A DNA stretch of 64,000 nucleotides from Haliotis cracherodii (GCF_022045235.1 NW_027266319.1:15686001-15750000), one strand, 5' to 3'; numbered from the stretch's first letter, positions 1-12,599 are shown. Numbers and translations: made by a program. Notes: a model not told the origin generated them from the sequence alone.

Positions 1-1039
1 AACTGCCAACAGATTTAAGCATTTTATAAAAACTTTCAACATAATTGTATTGCTCAGAATGAAAGAACACATAGTTTTAAAAGTATGCTCATTGAAAAGC
101 TGTTACGATCGGTGATATGAGAGAAAAATTCGCAAATGAAATTGTGTTCTGTAATAGCCGCTTGTTCGATAATACTCGAACCGCTCTGCATGAAAAGAGA
201 TGGACATGACTAAATCGCTATGTTCAATGAGTGAGTTAATGTAAATTGAATTTAACGCAGCGTTTGAACAGTATCCCAGTTACATCACGGTGTTTCAGCT
301 CAATGTGGGAGGCAAGCCCGAAGTGATGCTGACAAACCTGGAAACATGATCGGGGCGTACCGGGATTCGAACCCACGATCATAAGTATCTGCACAGAATT
401 GTGTCCCCAACCACCAGAAGAGGATGAACCATTATTTCTTACCCAACAAATTGAAAAGAAAATATAAAACGAGCCATTTTGTAGGTGTTACATACCCAGA
501 TAAACCAAGGGATGTGTGCTTTATTCATACCAACACCAGCTACATAGTACAACCGAAACTAAAAGGAGTTCTGTGACTTCAACACGCACTCTTGCGCAGC
601 CGACACCTCGGATCCATGGCAAGCTGAAAGAAACAACAACTTCTGTAAATAATCAGCTGATGAGGCTTAATACATATCATTCTATCATTTAGCATTCATA
701 ATTAGTACGATCAAACACAGATGATGGGCACTTATAATGTTGCAACTTTGTTTTTATATCTTCCCTGAAAAAGGATGGTAGTTGAAAGTTTCTACACAAA
801 ACGTATTTAAAAATATCTCGTGTCATCTAATGTGGGAGGATCATGCAAAGTGACGCAGTGCACATGTATATTACTTTGGTGAAACAGACGGATCCTGGTA
901 CGTCTAAGGGCAACAATCGTGCACAGTGCCTTAGGCCCCTGGGACCACAATTATCCGCTTATGAAGAAAAAAACACGATTGTAAATAAAAAAAATTACCA
1001 TGGAGGAGTAAAGGTTTCGACTTGGGCTGACTCACTTGT

Positions 1040-2458
1040 TCATTTTGCGTTGGTCTGAGTTCCACTGTTCACTGCTTTCAAATGTTGGTCTGAGTACAAC
1101 ATTTTATTCAGCCAAGTTACAAAATCTTTTCTGAAAGCAGCAAGTTCCGCCATTATGTCGTTAATGTTCGCTATCCCTCTCTTGTCCTCGACACCATTCG
1201 CACCATTCTGTAGATGCACCAGGCCGTTCACAAGCACATCCTCAACCTTATGGACAATATTTATGACTTCAACGTTGAGACGCTCCCAAAAAACCTTCAT
1301 TATTTCAGCAATGTCGCGTTTCCCAAACCCTCCGGCTCCAGTGTTAGCAGTGACAACTACACCTCCAAACATCTGCCCAATTTGATGACCAATGTTTTCA
1401 AATTCCAATTTCAGATTGCTCCAGGAGTCTCGTCTCGTGGCATCCCCCTCATCCACAGCGTTAGTGAGGGCGATGTCAGCAGCACCCTCTACAGACAGGC
1501 CGACTTGGTGAGCAACTTCGTGTTCCAGATCTCTCCAGAACTCGCGTTTATCCTTAGCGCCTCTCTTACCAGCCGGTGCACCAATTGCAGCGTTAGTCAA
1601 AGCCGTCACTGCCGCTGTCTCTGCCGCATGCCCAACGTTGTGGGCAACATTCTCAATGTCGTGTTTCAGATGGCTCCAGAAGTCCCGTTTTTGATCGTTG
1701 ACATCACGTTTTCCAGCAAGGATCGCGGAGGCAGAATTGGCGAGATTAGCTGCGACCGCTCCTTCAACAACGTGTCCGACCTGATGTGCGACGTGTTCTA
1801 CCTCGTGTTTCAGATGGCTCCAGAAGTCTCGCTTTTGATCGTTAACATCACGTTTTCCAGCAAGGATCGCGGAGGCAGAATTGGCGAGATTAGCAACGAC
1901 CGCTCCTTCAACAACGTGTCCGACCTGATGTGCGACGTGTTCTACCTCGTGTTTCAGATGGCTCCAGAAGTCTCGCTTTTGATCGTTGACATCACGTTTT
2001 CCAGCGAGGATCGCGGAGGCAGAATTGGCGAGATTAGCAACGACCGCTCCTTCAACAACGTGTCCGACCTGATGTGCGACGTGTTCTACCTCGTGTTTCA
2101 GATGGCTCCAGAAGTCCCGTTTTTGATCGTTGACATCACGTTTTCCAGCAAGGATCGCGGAGGCAGAATTGGCGAGATTAGCAACGACCGCCCCTTCAAC
2201 AACGTGTCCGACCTGATGTGCGACGTGTTCTACCTCGTGTTTCAGATGGCTCCAGAAGTCCCGCTTTTCATCGTTGACATCACGTTTTCCGGCGAGGATC
2301 GCGGAGGCAGGATTGACGAGATTAGTAAGGTGACCATTTTGGTGTGCGACATGTTCTGTATCGTGTTTCAGGTCATTCCAAAAGACAATATCCTGTTGAG
2401 ATTGTACGGCACTGACATCGCAGACCAGTACTGTTAGAAGAGAGGCCAACACTAACAT
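1040..2458 (-). CDS. Secreted multi-copy peptide precursor (472 aa) yielding His-rich amphipathic amidated peptides; candidate antimicrobial or neuropeptide-type prepropeptide
   Basis: Single coding exon. Hydrophobic N-terminus MLVLASLLTVLVCDVSA, ATG in AAG-ATG context. Repeated 48-aa/144-bp unit: DFWSHLKHEVEHVAHQVGHVVEGAVVANLANSASAILA-G-KR-DVNDQ-KR. Acceptor ttcattcag ends at 2467. Donor GTGAGT at 1035-1030, 4 nt after the stop. Acceptor tttctttcag ends at 624. AATAAA at 525-520. Confidence 0.9.
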   Translation of the reverse strand: MLVLASLLTVLVCDVSAVQSQQDIVFWNDLKHDTEHVAHQNGHLTNLVNPASAILAGKRDVNDEKRDFWSHLKHEVEHVAHQVGHVVEGAVVANLANSASAILAGKRDVNDQKRDFWSHLKHEVEHVAHQVGHVVEGAVVANLANSASAILAGKRDVNDQKRDFWSHLKHEVEHVAHQVGHVVEGAVVANLANSASAILAGKRDVNDQKRDFWSHLKHEVEHVAHQVGHVVEGAVAANLANSASAILAGKRDVNDQKRDFWSHLKHDIENVAHNVGHAAETAAVTALTNAAIGAPAGKRGAKDKREFWRDLEHEVAHQVGLSVEGAADIALTNAVDEGDATRRDSWSNLKLEFENIGHQIGQMFGGVVVTANTGAGGFGKRDIAEIMKVFWERLNVEVINIVHKVEDVLVNGLVHLQNGANGVEDKRGIANINDIMAELAAFRKDFVTWLNKMLYSDQHLKAVNSGTQTNAK

Positions 2459-2667
2459 CTTGAATCCTGAATGAATGGAAGGAAGCCATTAGTGATCAGT
2501 GTGTGAGTGAGTGAGTGAGTGAGTGAGTGAGTCATTGAGTATTATTTTACACAGCCTTTGGCAGGGGACACATACACATTGTTTCATACAAGGAAGTCAT
2601 GTGGGAATTACGTCGCTACATAAGTGTAATAGTTTTGACTGCGACGTTAAACCCCATTTCACGCCAC

Positions 2668-3089
2668 TAGTGCTGGGACGAGTCCAAATTTACTACCCAG
2701 GTACCCACCCCCTATTACCCAACCCTACCCGGGTTCCCACTGTAGGTCTCAAGAGATACAAAATGTCCGATTGGAAATTTTGTTTTACCACAGCACTTGC
2801 AAAACGTTATTTAGATACATGTATTAAACGATCTAGTCGTGCATGCACTGAAGTTGACTTAAGTTATATCGTTTTTCAACCATATGAAAAGTCAGAAGGA
2901 ATGGGTGCATAGTCAGAAAGATATGCGAACATTAGTGACTTGTAGTGTAACTATAGTGTTCTCTAGATAATTTTTGTAATTAAACTATATATCACATGAC
3001 TAACCACGGGTCCGGGTAGTACTGTGGGTACCCGGGTTCTACTCAGTACCCACCCGACCCGGGTACCCGAGTTACCCGTCCCAGCCCTA
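2668..3089. mobile_element. hAT-like MITE in the 5' intron of the peptide gene
   Basis: Terminal inverted repeats tagtgctgggacg ... cgtcccagcccta, with an imperfect 8-bp target duplication cacgccac/cacaccac. Confidence 0.65.
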
Positions 3090-3519
3090 CACACCACCTT
3101 ACTTTACCTGAGTGAGTGATTAACAATATCATGTGTTTTTCAACAATATTCCAGCGATATCACGGCAAATCTGGACCGATCAATGCCGTCCGCGCATGGG
3201 ATGAGCTAGAGCTAATATACCATTGATAGTAAGAGCATCTTACCCCGTTGACATGGCAACCATAGCAAAAATGGCATCTAGGCGCCTAAACACTCGGCCC
3301 ATTTACTTGCCAACTACGTCTCGCATAGTCTCGCATAGTCTCGCATAGAATATCATTTGTAGAATTCACTACAATATTATATATTTACATTGATTTCTTT
3401 TGGAACAGCCCAAACGATTGAAAGCGATTATACAAACGTAGGGTATTACAACAAATAAACGTGATTTGAAAATGGCAATACGCATCAAATAAGTATGTAT
3501 ACATTTGTTTTCGTCTCTT

Positions 3520-3735
3520 TGTCGTTTAACGCCGAACTCAGCAGTATTCCAGCTATATAACGGGAGTCTGTTAATACTCGAGTCTAGATCAGACAATCCA
3601 GTGATTGATATCATGATCATCGATCCACGCAATTGGGATACGATGACGTGCATCAACCAAGTCAGCGAGTCTGACCACCCGATCCCGTTAGTCGCCTCTT
3701 AAGACAATCATAATCGGCTTTTATGGCAAGCATGC
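3520..3735 (-). mobile_element. Dispersed retroposon family C (LINE 3' end or short retroposon)
   Basis: The same ~200-260 bp sequence recurs at ~8020-8215, 13330-13510, 23980-24085, 24935-25150, 26160-26422, 48117-48372, 55120-55315, 55860-56120, 59975-60125 and 61085-61230. It ends in an (aaac)n tail. Confidence 0.75.
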
Positions 3736-3823
3736 AGTATGTATATAATCTATTAATTTACATTAGTATTTTCAAACGATTGTACGACTTTGTCCCGAAA
3801 TGAAAAAAAAAATGTTTTCTTAC

Positions 3824-3875
3824 CTTCCCGTGAAGCAAGTTTACTGTAATCGTCAAGTACTCAGATTTTATATAA
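3824..3875 (-). promoter_or_regulatory. Putative TATA box and short non-coding first exon of the peptide-precursor gene
   Basis: Minus strand reads TATATAAAA (~3874-3866), an Inr-like ACAGT about 25-30 nt downstream, then GAAG|GTAAGA donor at 3823. Confidence 0.55.
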
Positions 3876-4264
3876 GCTGGTGGTAGGAACATCTGTTGGA
3901 AGCCGATCGGTTCTCAATAACATCCTGTAGAAGGGTCCGTATCTCTTGCATAACTGACCTGAACTTCACTGTACACATGACCTTGACGTTGCCTTGATGT
4001 CAGGAGTAGCGTCGTGATCAATACAAACGTGCTGTCATGATGCCATACGTTAATAAGCGTGCCAGAAACCTATGATTGTGGGCTCAAATTTCGGTTCACG
4101 CTGATTATGTTTCTAGGTGTGTCAGCACCTACCGTGTTCGTTGATTTGGTAAACGTCTGCAACGTAGTTCACTTCGACCATACTGAATAGGACTTACGTG
4201 TGGAGGCTGTATGTGTGGAGGCTGTGCCTCACACCATGGACCCACTCATCACCTCCCAGTACGA

Positions 4265-4480
4265 GACCGCCTCCGTGGACTAGTGGTAGAGCATCCGCGA
4301 TCTCCGCCCGCGTCATACAAAAAGACGTCAAAAGATGGAACTTGTTGTTACCCTGTCTTGCGCTCGGCATCAAGGGGCTAAAACAAGAACTGGTCGGCTC
4401 GGAGTCAGTATACTGTGTCTGAGTGGGGTATTCATGTTATGAATGTCGCTATATAAGTGCAATAATCTTAGACCCGACGT
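4265..4480 (+). mobile_element. tRNA-derived SINE family D (internally deleted copy)
   Basis: Head gaccgcctccgtggactagtggtagagc and body shared with copies at 47143-47483, 41827-42034 (-) and 50826-51100. Confidence 0.65.
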
Positions 4481-4698
4481 CAGTACTACGGCCGTGCTAG
4501 TCATGCCCATGTACCCTAATGAGAGATTAATTAACCACAAAATAACTGTCATCCCCAAATCAATTCTGTATCTTAAGTTTCATTTCACATTCCAGGGAAC
4601 AAATACTTGGTTGTTCTTGTCCCTTAAGTATGTAAGTGAGTTAGAGAGTTTGGTGTAGCGTCACTTTCAATTTGAATTTAGGAATCCATATACATGTA

Positions 4699-4875
4699 CA
4701 GTAAACTACGGTTATAACGAACTCGAAGGGACCACTAACTTTAGTTTGTTATAACCGTAGTTCGTTATAAGCAGGTATACAGCATAACTATAGCAAATAG
4801 TCGGGACAAAAACAATCAGTTCGTTTTATCTGTCAGTTCGTTATAAACGTGTTCGTTATAAACGTACTTTATTGT
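4699..4875. mobile_element. Tc1/mariner(pogo)-like MITE
   Basis: TA-flanked imperfect inverted ends: cagtaaactacggttataacgaac ... gttcgttataaacgtacttttattg. Confidence 0.55.
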
Positions 4876-5262
4876 ACTTGACATTTAATTCATCATTTGG
4901 CAGTGCACAGAAAGACCATCAGGTCATATCATTTAACCGTCAAGGCTTGTCACATATATACATTCCATTGTTCAAATTGCATTAATCATGTAGATAACCG
5001 CTCTTTCGCCATAATCCCTATTAAACCTCACTTTGGTATATCCTGACTATTACGTATTGGTACATTTTGGTCCAAATTGTCTTGAATATATCAAGTTTTT
5101 CAGTTTACGTTCATGGTATACCGTAGTCATCTCCTCGTTAGCTGTTCTTGACCGTCATCATGCAGGTCTCTGTACCTGCCTAAACTCCCAAGAATTGTCT
5201 CGGGACACCCGTCCTATTTTCATCTGATCATCCTTGCATGGCATTTTGGCAGGACAAACAAT

Positions 5263-7040
5263 CCCCTACATATCTGACTATTTGAAGTAGAATCAAAACA
5301 TCCAATCTCCTACACGTCCGGCAATCTTGAAGTAGAATCAATACATCTAATCCCCTACACGTCCGGCAATCTTGAAGTAGAATTCAGACAACTTAGCACC
5401 TACACGTCCGGCAATCTTGAAGTAGAATCAAGACATCTTATCCCCTACACGCCCAACCATCTTGAAGTAGAATCAAGACATCTAATCCCCTACACGTCCG
5501 GCAATCTTGAAGTAGAATTCAGACAACTTAGCACCTACACGTCCGGCAATCTTGAAGTAGAATTCAGACAACTTAGCACCTACACGTCCGACAATCTTGA
5601 AGTAGAATTCAGACAACTTAGCACCTACACGTCCGACCATCTTGGAGTAGAATCAAGACATCTTAGCACCTACACGTCCGGCAATCTTGAAGTAGAATCA
5701 AGACATCTTAGCACCTACACGCCCAACCATCTTGAAGTAGAATCAAGACATCTAATCCCCTACACGTCCGGCAATCTTGGAGTAGAATTCAGACAACTTA
5801 GCACCTACACGTCTGGCAATCTTGAAGTAGAATTCAGACAACTTAGCACCTACACGTCCGACAATCTTGAAGTAGAATTCAGACAACTTAGCACCTACAC
5901 GTCCGACCATCTTGGAGTAGAATCAAGACATCTTAGCACCTACACGTCCGGCAATCTTGAAGTAGAATCAAGACATCTTAGCACCTACACGCCCAACCAT
6001 CTTGAAGTAGAATTCAGACATCTAATCCCCTACACGTCTGGCAATCTTGAAGTAGAATTCAGACAACTTAGCACCTACACGTCCGACAATCTTGAAGTAG
6101 AATTCAGACAACTTATCACCTACACGTTCTACAATCTTGACGTAGAATCAAGACATCTAATCTCCTACACGTCTGGCAATCTTGAAGTAGAATTCAAACA
6201 TCTTAGCACCTACACGTCCGGCAATCTTGAAGTAGAATTCAGACAACTTAGCACCTACACGTCCGGCAATCTTGAAGTAGAATCAAGACATCTAATCCCC
6301 TACACGTCTGGCAATCTTGAAGTAGAATTCAGACATCTTAGCACCTATACGTCCGACAATCTTGAAGTAGAATTCAGACAACTTAGCACCTACACGTCCG
6401 GCAATCTTGAAGTAGAATCAAGACATCTAATCCCCTACACGTCCGGCAATCTTGAAGTAGAATTCAGACATCTTAGCACCTACACGTCCGACCATCTTGG
6501 AGTAAAATCAAGACATCTTAACACCTACACGTCTGGCAATCTTGTAGTAGAATCAAGACATCTTAGCACCTACACGTCCGACCATCTTGGAGTAGAATCA
6601 AGACATCTAATCCCCTACACGTCCGACCATCTTGTAGTAGAATCAAGACATCTTAGCACCTACACGTCCGACAATCTTGAAGTAGAATCAAGACATCTTA
6701 GCACCTACACGTCCGACCATCTTGAAGTAGAATCAAGACATCTTAGCACCTACACGTCCGGCAATCTTGTAGTAGAATCAAGACATCTTAGCACCTACAC
6801 GTCCGACCATCTTGGAGTAGAATCAAGACATCTAATCCCCTACACGTCCGACCATCTTGAAATAGAATCAAGACATCTAATCCCCTTCACGTCCGGCAAT
6901 CTTGTAGTAGAATCAAGACATCTTAGCACCTACACGTCCGACCATCTTGGAGTAGAATCAAGACATCTAATCCCCTACACGTCCGACCATCTTGAAGTAG
7001 AATCAAGACATCTTATCAATACATGTGCCCAACCATTATT
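5263..7040. repeat. 45-bp minisatellite, ~39 copies
   Basis: Unit tacacgtccggcaatcttgaagtagaatcaagacatcttagcacc. Confidence 0.95.
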
Positions 7041-7087
7041 GCCCGGAGATTGCCCGTCATTGGATCAAATTATCAAGATATATCTCA

Positions 7088-7540
7088 ATATATTTACTGC
7101 TGGTTGGTTAAGGGTCAATTTATGCCACACTGTACGTTACGAGTGATTAAGGGGTAATATATGCCACACCTACTAGTGTTCGTGACAAGTGATTAAGGGT
7201 CAATATATGCCGCACCCTTTAGTGTACGTGACAAGTGATTTAAGGTCAATATATGCAACACCCGTTAGTGTACGTGACGAGTGATTTAAGGTCAATATAT
7301 GCCTCACCCATTAGTGTACGTGACAAGTGATTGAGGGTCAATATATGCCACACCCGTTAGTGTACGTGACAAGTGATTGAGGGTCAATATATGCCACACC
7401 CATTAGTGTACGTGACAAGTGATTGAGGGTCAATATATGCCACACCCTTTAGTGTACGTGACAAGTGATTAAGGGTCAATATATGCCACACCTACAAGTG
7501 AACGTGTCGAGTGATTAAGGGTCAACATATGCCACAGCTC
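7088..7540. repeat. 46-bp minisatellite, ~9-10 copies; further degenerate units at ~8432-8510
   Basis: Unit ttagtgtacgtgacaagtgattgagggtcaatatatgccacacccg. Confidence 0.9.
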
Positions 7541-8979
7541 ACACATGCCTAGCATCGCAAGCAAATATAGCTAGTATATATTTAAATGTTTTTCAGACAA
7601 AGATTGGTCACATAGCGTGCTCTCATTTATTCCAAAATTTGAATAGAGGTTGTACAGCTTACAATTTGTAAACAATATTTTATAACATTTAATGGTATGG
7701 TTCTTTGGGCGTGTGTCAGACTCCCTTTACAATGTGTTTTTATGTCAAGGGTAGTTAAATACTGGTGTAGCTGATACACTTGCCCCCAAACAGGCTGAGA
7801 TCTCTGGATGATGTAGGACATAATTCTCGGTTATCAACAATCAAGCAAATACTCTTTCAGTATGGTTTTGGTTATGCTTGGCTATGCTAAGAAATTGAGA
7901 ATGTAAAGTAATTTTGTTACTTGCGTTTAGTTGATAATTAACATAGTCATGGTATTCATCAGTTAATGAATCTTCAAAGCGTGTATTTTATAAAGAATAC
8001 AAGACTATGTTGAATGTTGCATGGCGTAAGAGGCGACTAATGGGATCCGGTGGTCAGGCTCGCTGACTTGGTTGATGCATGTCACTGATCCCAATTGAGT
8101 GGATCGATGCTCATGTTGTCAATCACTGGATTGTCTGGTTCAGACTCAATTATTTACAGACCGCCGTCATACAGCTGGACAATAGCTGAGTGCGGCGTTA
8201 AACAACAAACAAACGAACACTATAGTGAAACCATGAAGCCATCTATAACACGGGTTTATTTCTGATATATGTCTATGAAATTATCATGCTAGAAATTAAA
8301 AAACATAGAATAGGAAAGGATATGAAAAGATAAGAAACATGTTTGTAAATGCGTACGCATAAATATTTAATCAGTCTGTGTTTTGGGCCAAAGGCTTTAT
8401 ACCGAATAAATCTGTCTGACAACATGTGATCAGTGATTGGGGGTCAATATATGCCACACCTACTACTGCATGAGATGAGTGATTAAGGGTCAACATATGC
8501 CACGCCTACCTCTGCATGCAGTGGGTGATGACAGGGTCGATATAGTATTACATGCTTACTCCTGCACGTGCTGTATATTTTTACGCGGTCACGACAGCTC
8601 GTGCTGGAAACGCTGTTGTGTCAGAGTAGAGAAATTAATTTACTCATTAACTTCAAGCGAATGTCTTTCTGTATTTAATATTAAATATTCCTTTTATTAA
8701 TAAATCAATGAGTTTAACGCCGCTTGTAACAATATTTCAGTTATATAATGCCCTTAAAGTCTGTTATATGTCTACAAGAACTGGTCACTGCCACAGCAGG
8801 TAAATTCCTCTTCCAGCAAATATATATCTTTGCTTAATTATGATGTGATGATCACGAGTGGAGGACATTTCCCCACTCGGACAAAACACCATACTGGCGT
8901 TTTAACAAATGGGCTTTCCCCCACACTGAATAATAAAACTGATATAAAACAACAGACATATAATTTTCAATACATTTTT

Positions 8980-10500
8980 ATTTACAAGTTGCCGCACCAG
9001 CTTCTCAACAGGAATGACAGAAATTGAAACAAAATAACTTTTTTATTTCCTTAAACATGCTGGAGGTTGGAATGGATCATGTTATGTCGAACAAACACTG
9101 GAAATCGAATTCAGTTTGAAATCAGAAGGATTAAGCTATGTTATTACGATTTACCGCACTTGGTATAATTACAATTAGCCGCAGTTTGTTACAATTTGCC
9201 ACACCTGTCTTTCAATAGAAATGATAGAAATTGACGAAACATCGCTTTTGTATTTCCTTAAACATGCTGGAGGTTGGAATTGATCTAGTTAAGGTCGATC
9301 AAACACTGGAACTTGAATTCAAATTGAAATCGGGAGGATTAAGAAATGTTCTTTCAACACAATCGCTGTTTGGGATTTCCTTAAACATGCTGGAGGTTGC
9401 AACTGATCTGATTAAGGTCGAACAAACTCGAATTTAGTTTGAAATCGGAATGATTAAGATATGTTATTACAATTTTCTGCACTTGGTAATACAATTTACC
9501 CCAGTTTGTTACAACTTGCCGCACCTATCTTTCAATAGAAGTGATAGAAATTGAAGCTTTTTTTATTTCCTTAAACATATTGGAGGTTGGAACTGATCTG
9601 GTTAAGGTCGAACAAACACTGTAACTCGGATTTAATTTTAAATTTGGAATGATTAAGAAATGTTATTACAATTTGCCGCACCTATGTTTCAATAGGAACG
9701 ACGGACATTGAAACAAAATCGCTTTTTCGAATTCCCTGAACACGCTGGAGGTTGGAATTGATCTTGTTAAGGTCGAACAAACACTGGAACTCGAATTCCG
9801 TTCTGAGTAAATACAAATATCAAGGATTTAATGTAGATTAGTTTTGATCAATCGGTCGTTTCAAAGTCTGGATTTTGATTTCCAAACAGCTTAGTCGCAC
9901 ATTTTAAACTTCATGCAGGTTTCTTTGTATGTTTGCAAATGAATAATGTTTCATTACAATTTACCGCAGTGAAGTTATTACAATTTACCGCAGTGGTTAT
10001 TACAATTTGCCACAGTTTAAGTAATTACAATTTACCGTAGTATGCATTACAATTTACCGCAGTAGTTATTACAATTTGCCACAGTTTAAGTAATTACAAT
10101 TTTCCGTAGTATGCATTACAATTTACCGCAGTGGTTATTACAATTTGCCACAGTTTAAGTTATTACAATTTACCGTAGTATGCATTACAATTTACCGCAG
10201 TGTTATTACATTTCACCGCGTTATTACAATTAAGGTCGTAACAAACGATCATTAAAATCTGCGAAGTTTCATTAAGTATTATTTCATAGTGATAACCCTT
10301 AATGTAATTTTTTTTATTTAATCACTTCAACCCTTAATGTAAAAAGAAATTACATTAAGTGTGTAACAAGGGTGAACCTAAAACCCTTGCAAAAAATGCA
10401 AAATAGTTTTACATTCAGAGTAATTTTTACATTAAGGGTTGTTACAAGAGTTAACCTGCAACCCTTAATGTAAACAAAATTACATTAAGGGTTGTAACAG
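8980..10500. repeat. Composite repeat: several ~110-210 bp degenerate units (tttccttaaacatgctggaggttgg...), a ~20-bp attacaatttaccgcag array at 9952-10232, and acccttaatgtaa direct/inverted repeats
   Basis: Directly visible repeats; probably the interior of a non-autonomous element. Confidence 0.7.
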
Positions 10501-11253
10501 AGGTCCGCAGGAATGGAAAGTTACGAGGATATTCTCCTACTTACAACACATCATTATTTTTACTCTTTGACAATGTTCTCTTGTGGAAACTATTTGAAAA
10601 ATAAACTAGAATCCTTTGTAGTCTGTATTTATACGTCGTGAGTTGAGCTTGCGTGATGAACGTGGAATATTTCTTTTTATATCTGTCGCTGTTCACGTGC
10701 ACCAAGCTCCGTCGCGAGCTGATATTTACAAAACATGATAAACGGATCTTCATGAGTTCGTGGTGTCCCAAACTAGTATTTTATCAACCGCTTGCCCATT
10801 GTAAATATACGTGCTGTCGGGCATAAAAGGAGACATAGAGCCCCGAACAAGGATATATGTATGGTTACCTGAAATTTATGTAATTGCTATAAAAATGAAC
10901 ATTGCTATGGGTAACCTGCCCTAACACAACACTATATACAGATGCATAAATTATTATTTTTGAGCGTATTTGTGAGTATTATGCCAATACTGAAAATATT
11001 TGATAGAAACTTTCACACCACGAAAGCTGAGGTCGGCAATTACACTTCCTCAAATCAAACGATGCGGGTTCAAACCCCGTTGGCGATATATGTTTTCCGA
11101 TATGATTTGAAATGATTCACTTATCAAAATATTTAAAAAATAGTTCCGTCAGTTCCATGTGCTAATGAACTGAAATATTGGTTCAAGATAATGTATATTG
11201 ACAAATAGCTCTTCATTTCTGGAAAAATATTGCATCGTTTAAACAATGGATGA

Positions 11254-12245
11254 CTGCACGTGCTTCTCTTCTACTGCACGTGCTTGGTGATATCAGGATC
11301 AATATATTATTACACGTCTTCTACTGCACGTGCTTGGTGATATCAGGATCAATATATCATTACATGTCTTCTACTGCACGTGCTTGGTGCTATCAGGATC
11401 AATATATTATTACATTCTTCTACTGCACGTGCTTGATGATATCAGGATCAATATATTATTACATGTCTTCTACTGCAAGTGCTTGGTGATATCAGGATCA
11501 ATATATTATTACATGTCTTCTACTGCACGTGCTTGGTGATATCAGGATCAACATATTATTCCATTCTTCTACTGTACGTGCTTGGTGATATCAAGATCAA
11601 TATATTATTACATGTCTTCTACTGCACGTGCTTGGTGATATCAGGATCGATGTATTATTACATTCTTCTACTGCACGTGCTTGGTGATATCAGGATCAAT
11701 ATATTATTACATGTCTTCTACTGCACGTGCTTGGTGATATCAGGATCAATATATTATTACCTTCTTCTACTGCACGTGCTTGGTGATATCAGGATCAATA
11801 TATCATTACATGTCTTCTACTGCACGTGCTTGGTGATATCAGGATTAATATATTATTACATTCTTCTACTGCACGTGCTTGGTGATATCAGGATCAATAT
11901 ATTATTACATGTCTTCTACTGCACGTGCTTGGTGATATCAGGATCAATATATTATTACATGTCTTCTACTGCACGTGCTTGGTGATATCAGGATCAATAT
12001 ATTATTACATTCTTCTACTGTACGTGCTTGATGATATCAGGATCAATATATTATTACATGTCTTCTACTGCACGTGCTTGGTGATATCAGGATCAATATA
12101 TTATTACATGTCTTCTACTGCACGTGCTTAGTGATAACAGGGTCAATATATTATTACATTCTTCTACTGCACGTGCTTGGTGATATCAGGATCAATATAT
12201 TATTACATGTCTTCTACTGCTCGTGCTTGGTGTTATCAGGGTCAA
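11254..12245. repeat. 49/50-bp minisatellite, ~20 copies
   Basis: Unit tcttctactgcacgtgcttggtgatatcaggatcaatatattattacatg. Confidence 0.95.
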
Positions 12246-12324
12246 TTATTCTGCAAACGATTTCTGCAAAAAATCCCATATGATAGGTACTTCGAAGAAT
12301 TTGGACACCGCCAGTTACCAGGTG

Positions 12325-12580
12325 AATGAGTGAGTTAGGTTTAACGCCGCTTTTAACAGTATTCCAGATATATCACGGCGTGTCAGCTTAATGTGGGAGG
12401 AAAGCCCGAAGTGATGCAGGTCTTAGACGTTTACCACTTCGGTGAAACCCACGAGCACGGGTATGGTGTTGACAAACCTAGAAACACAATTGGGGCGAAC
12501 CGGGATTCGAACCCACAATCATAGGTTTCTGGCGTGCCCAAGGGACGCAACTCTGCACAGCGAATCGCGGCGCCTTATAA
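12325..12580 (-). mobile_element. tRNA-derived SINE family A
   Basis: Matches full copies at 33641-33927, 35541-35820, 43961-44241 and 46437-46713. Confidence 0.8.
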
Positions 12581-12599
12581 CATTTTAAGTACCGCAATC

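Noticed and set aside
1214-2437. 407-aa plus-strand ORF
   Set aside because: Antisense shadow of the repetitive precursor. The minus-strand frame has the signal peptide, cleavage sites and splice signals.
3241-3254. Possible upstream coding mini-exon ATGTCAACGGG|GTAAG for the precursor
   Set aside because: It is phase 2 and would be out of frame with the acceptor at 2467.
5263-12245. CRISPR-like appearance of regular repeats
   Set aside because: Head-to-tail units with no unique spacers, no cas genes, eukaryotic context.
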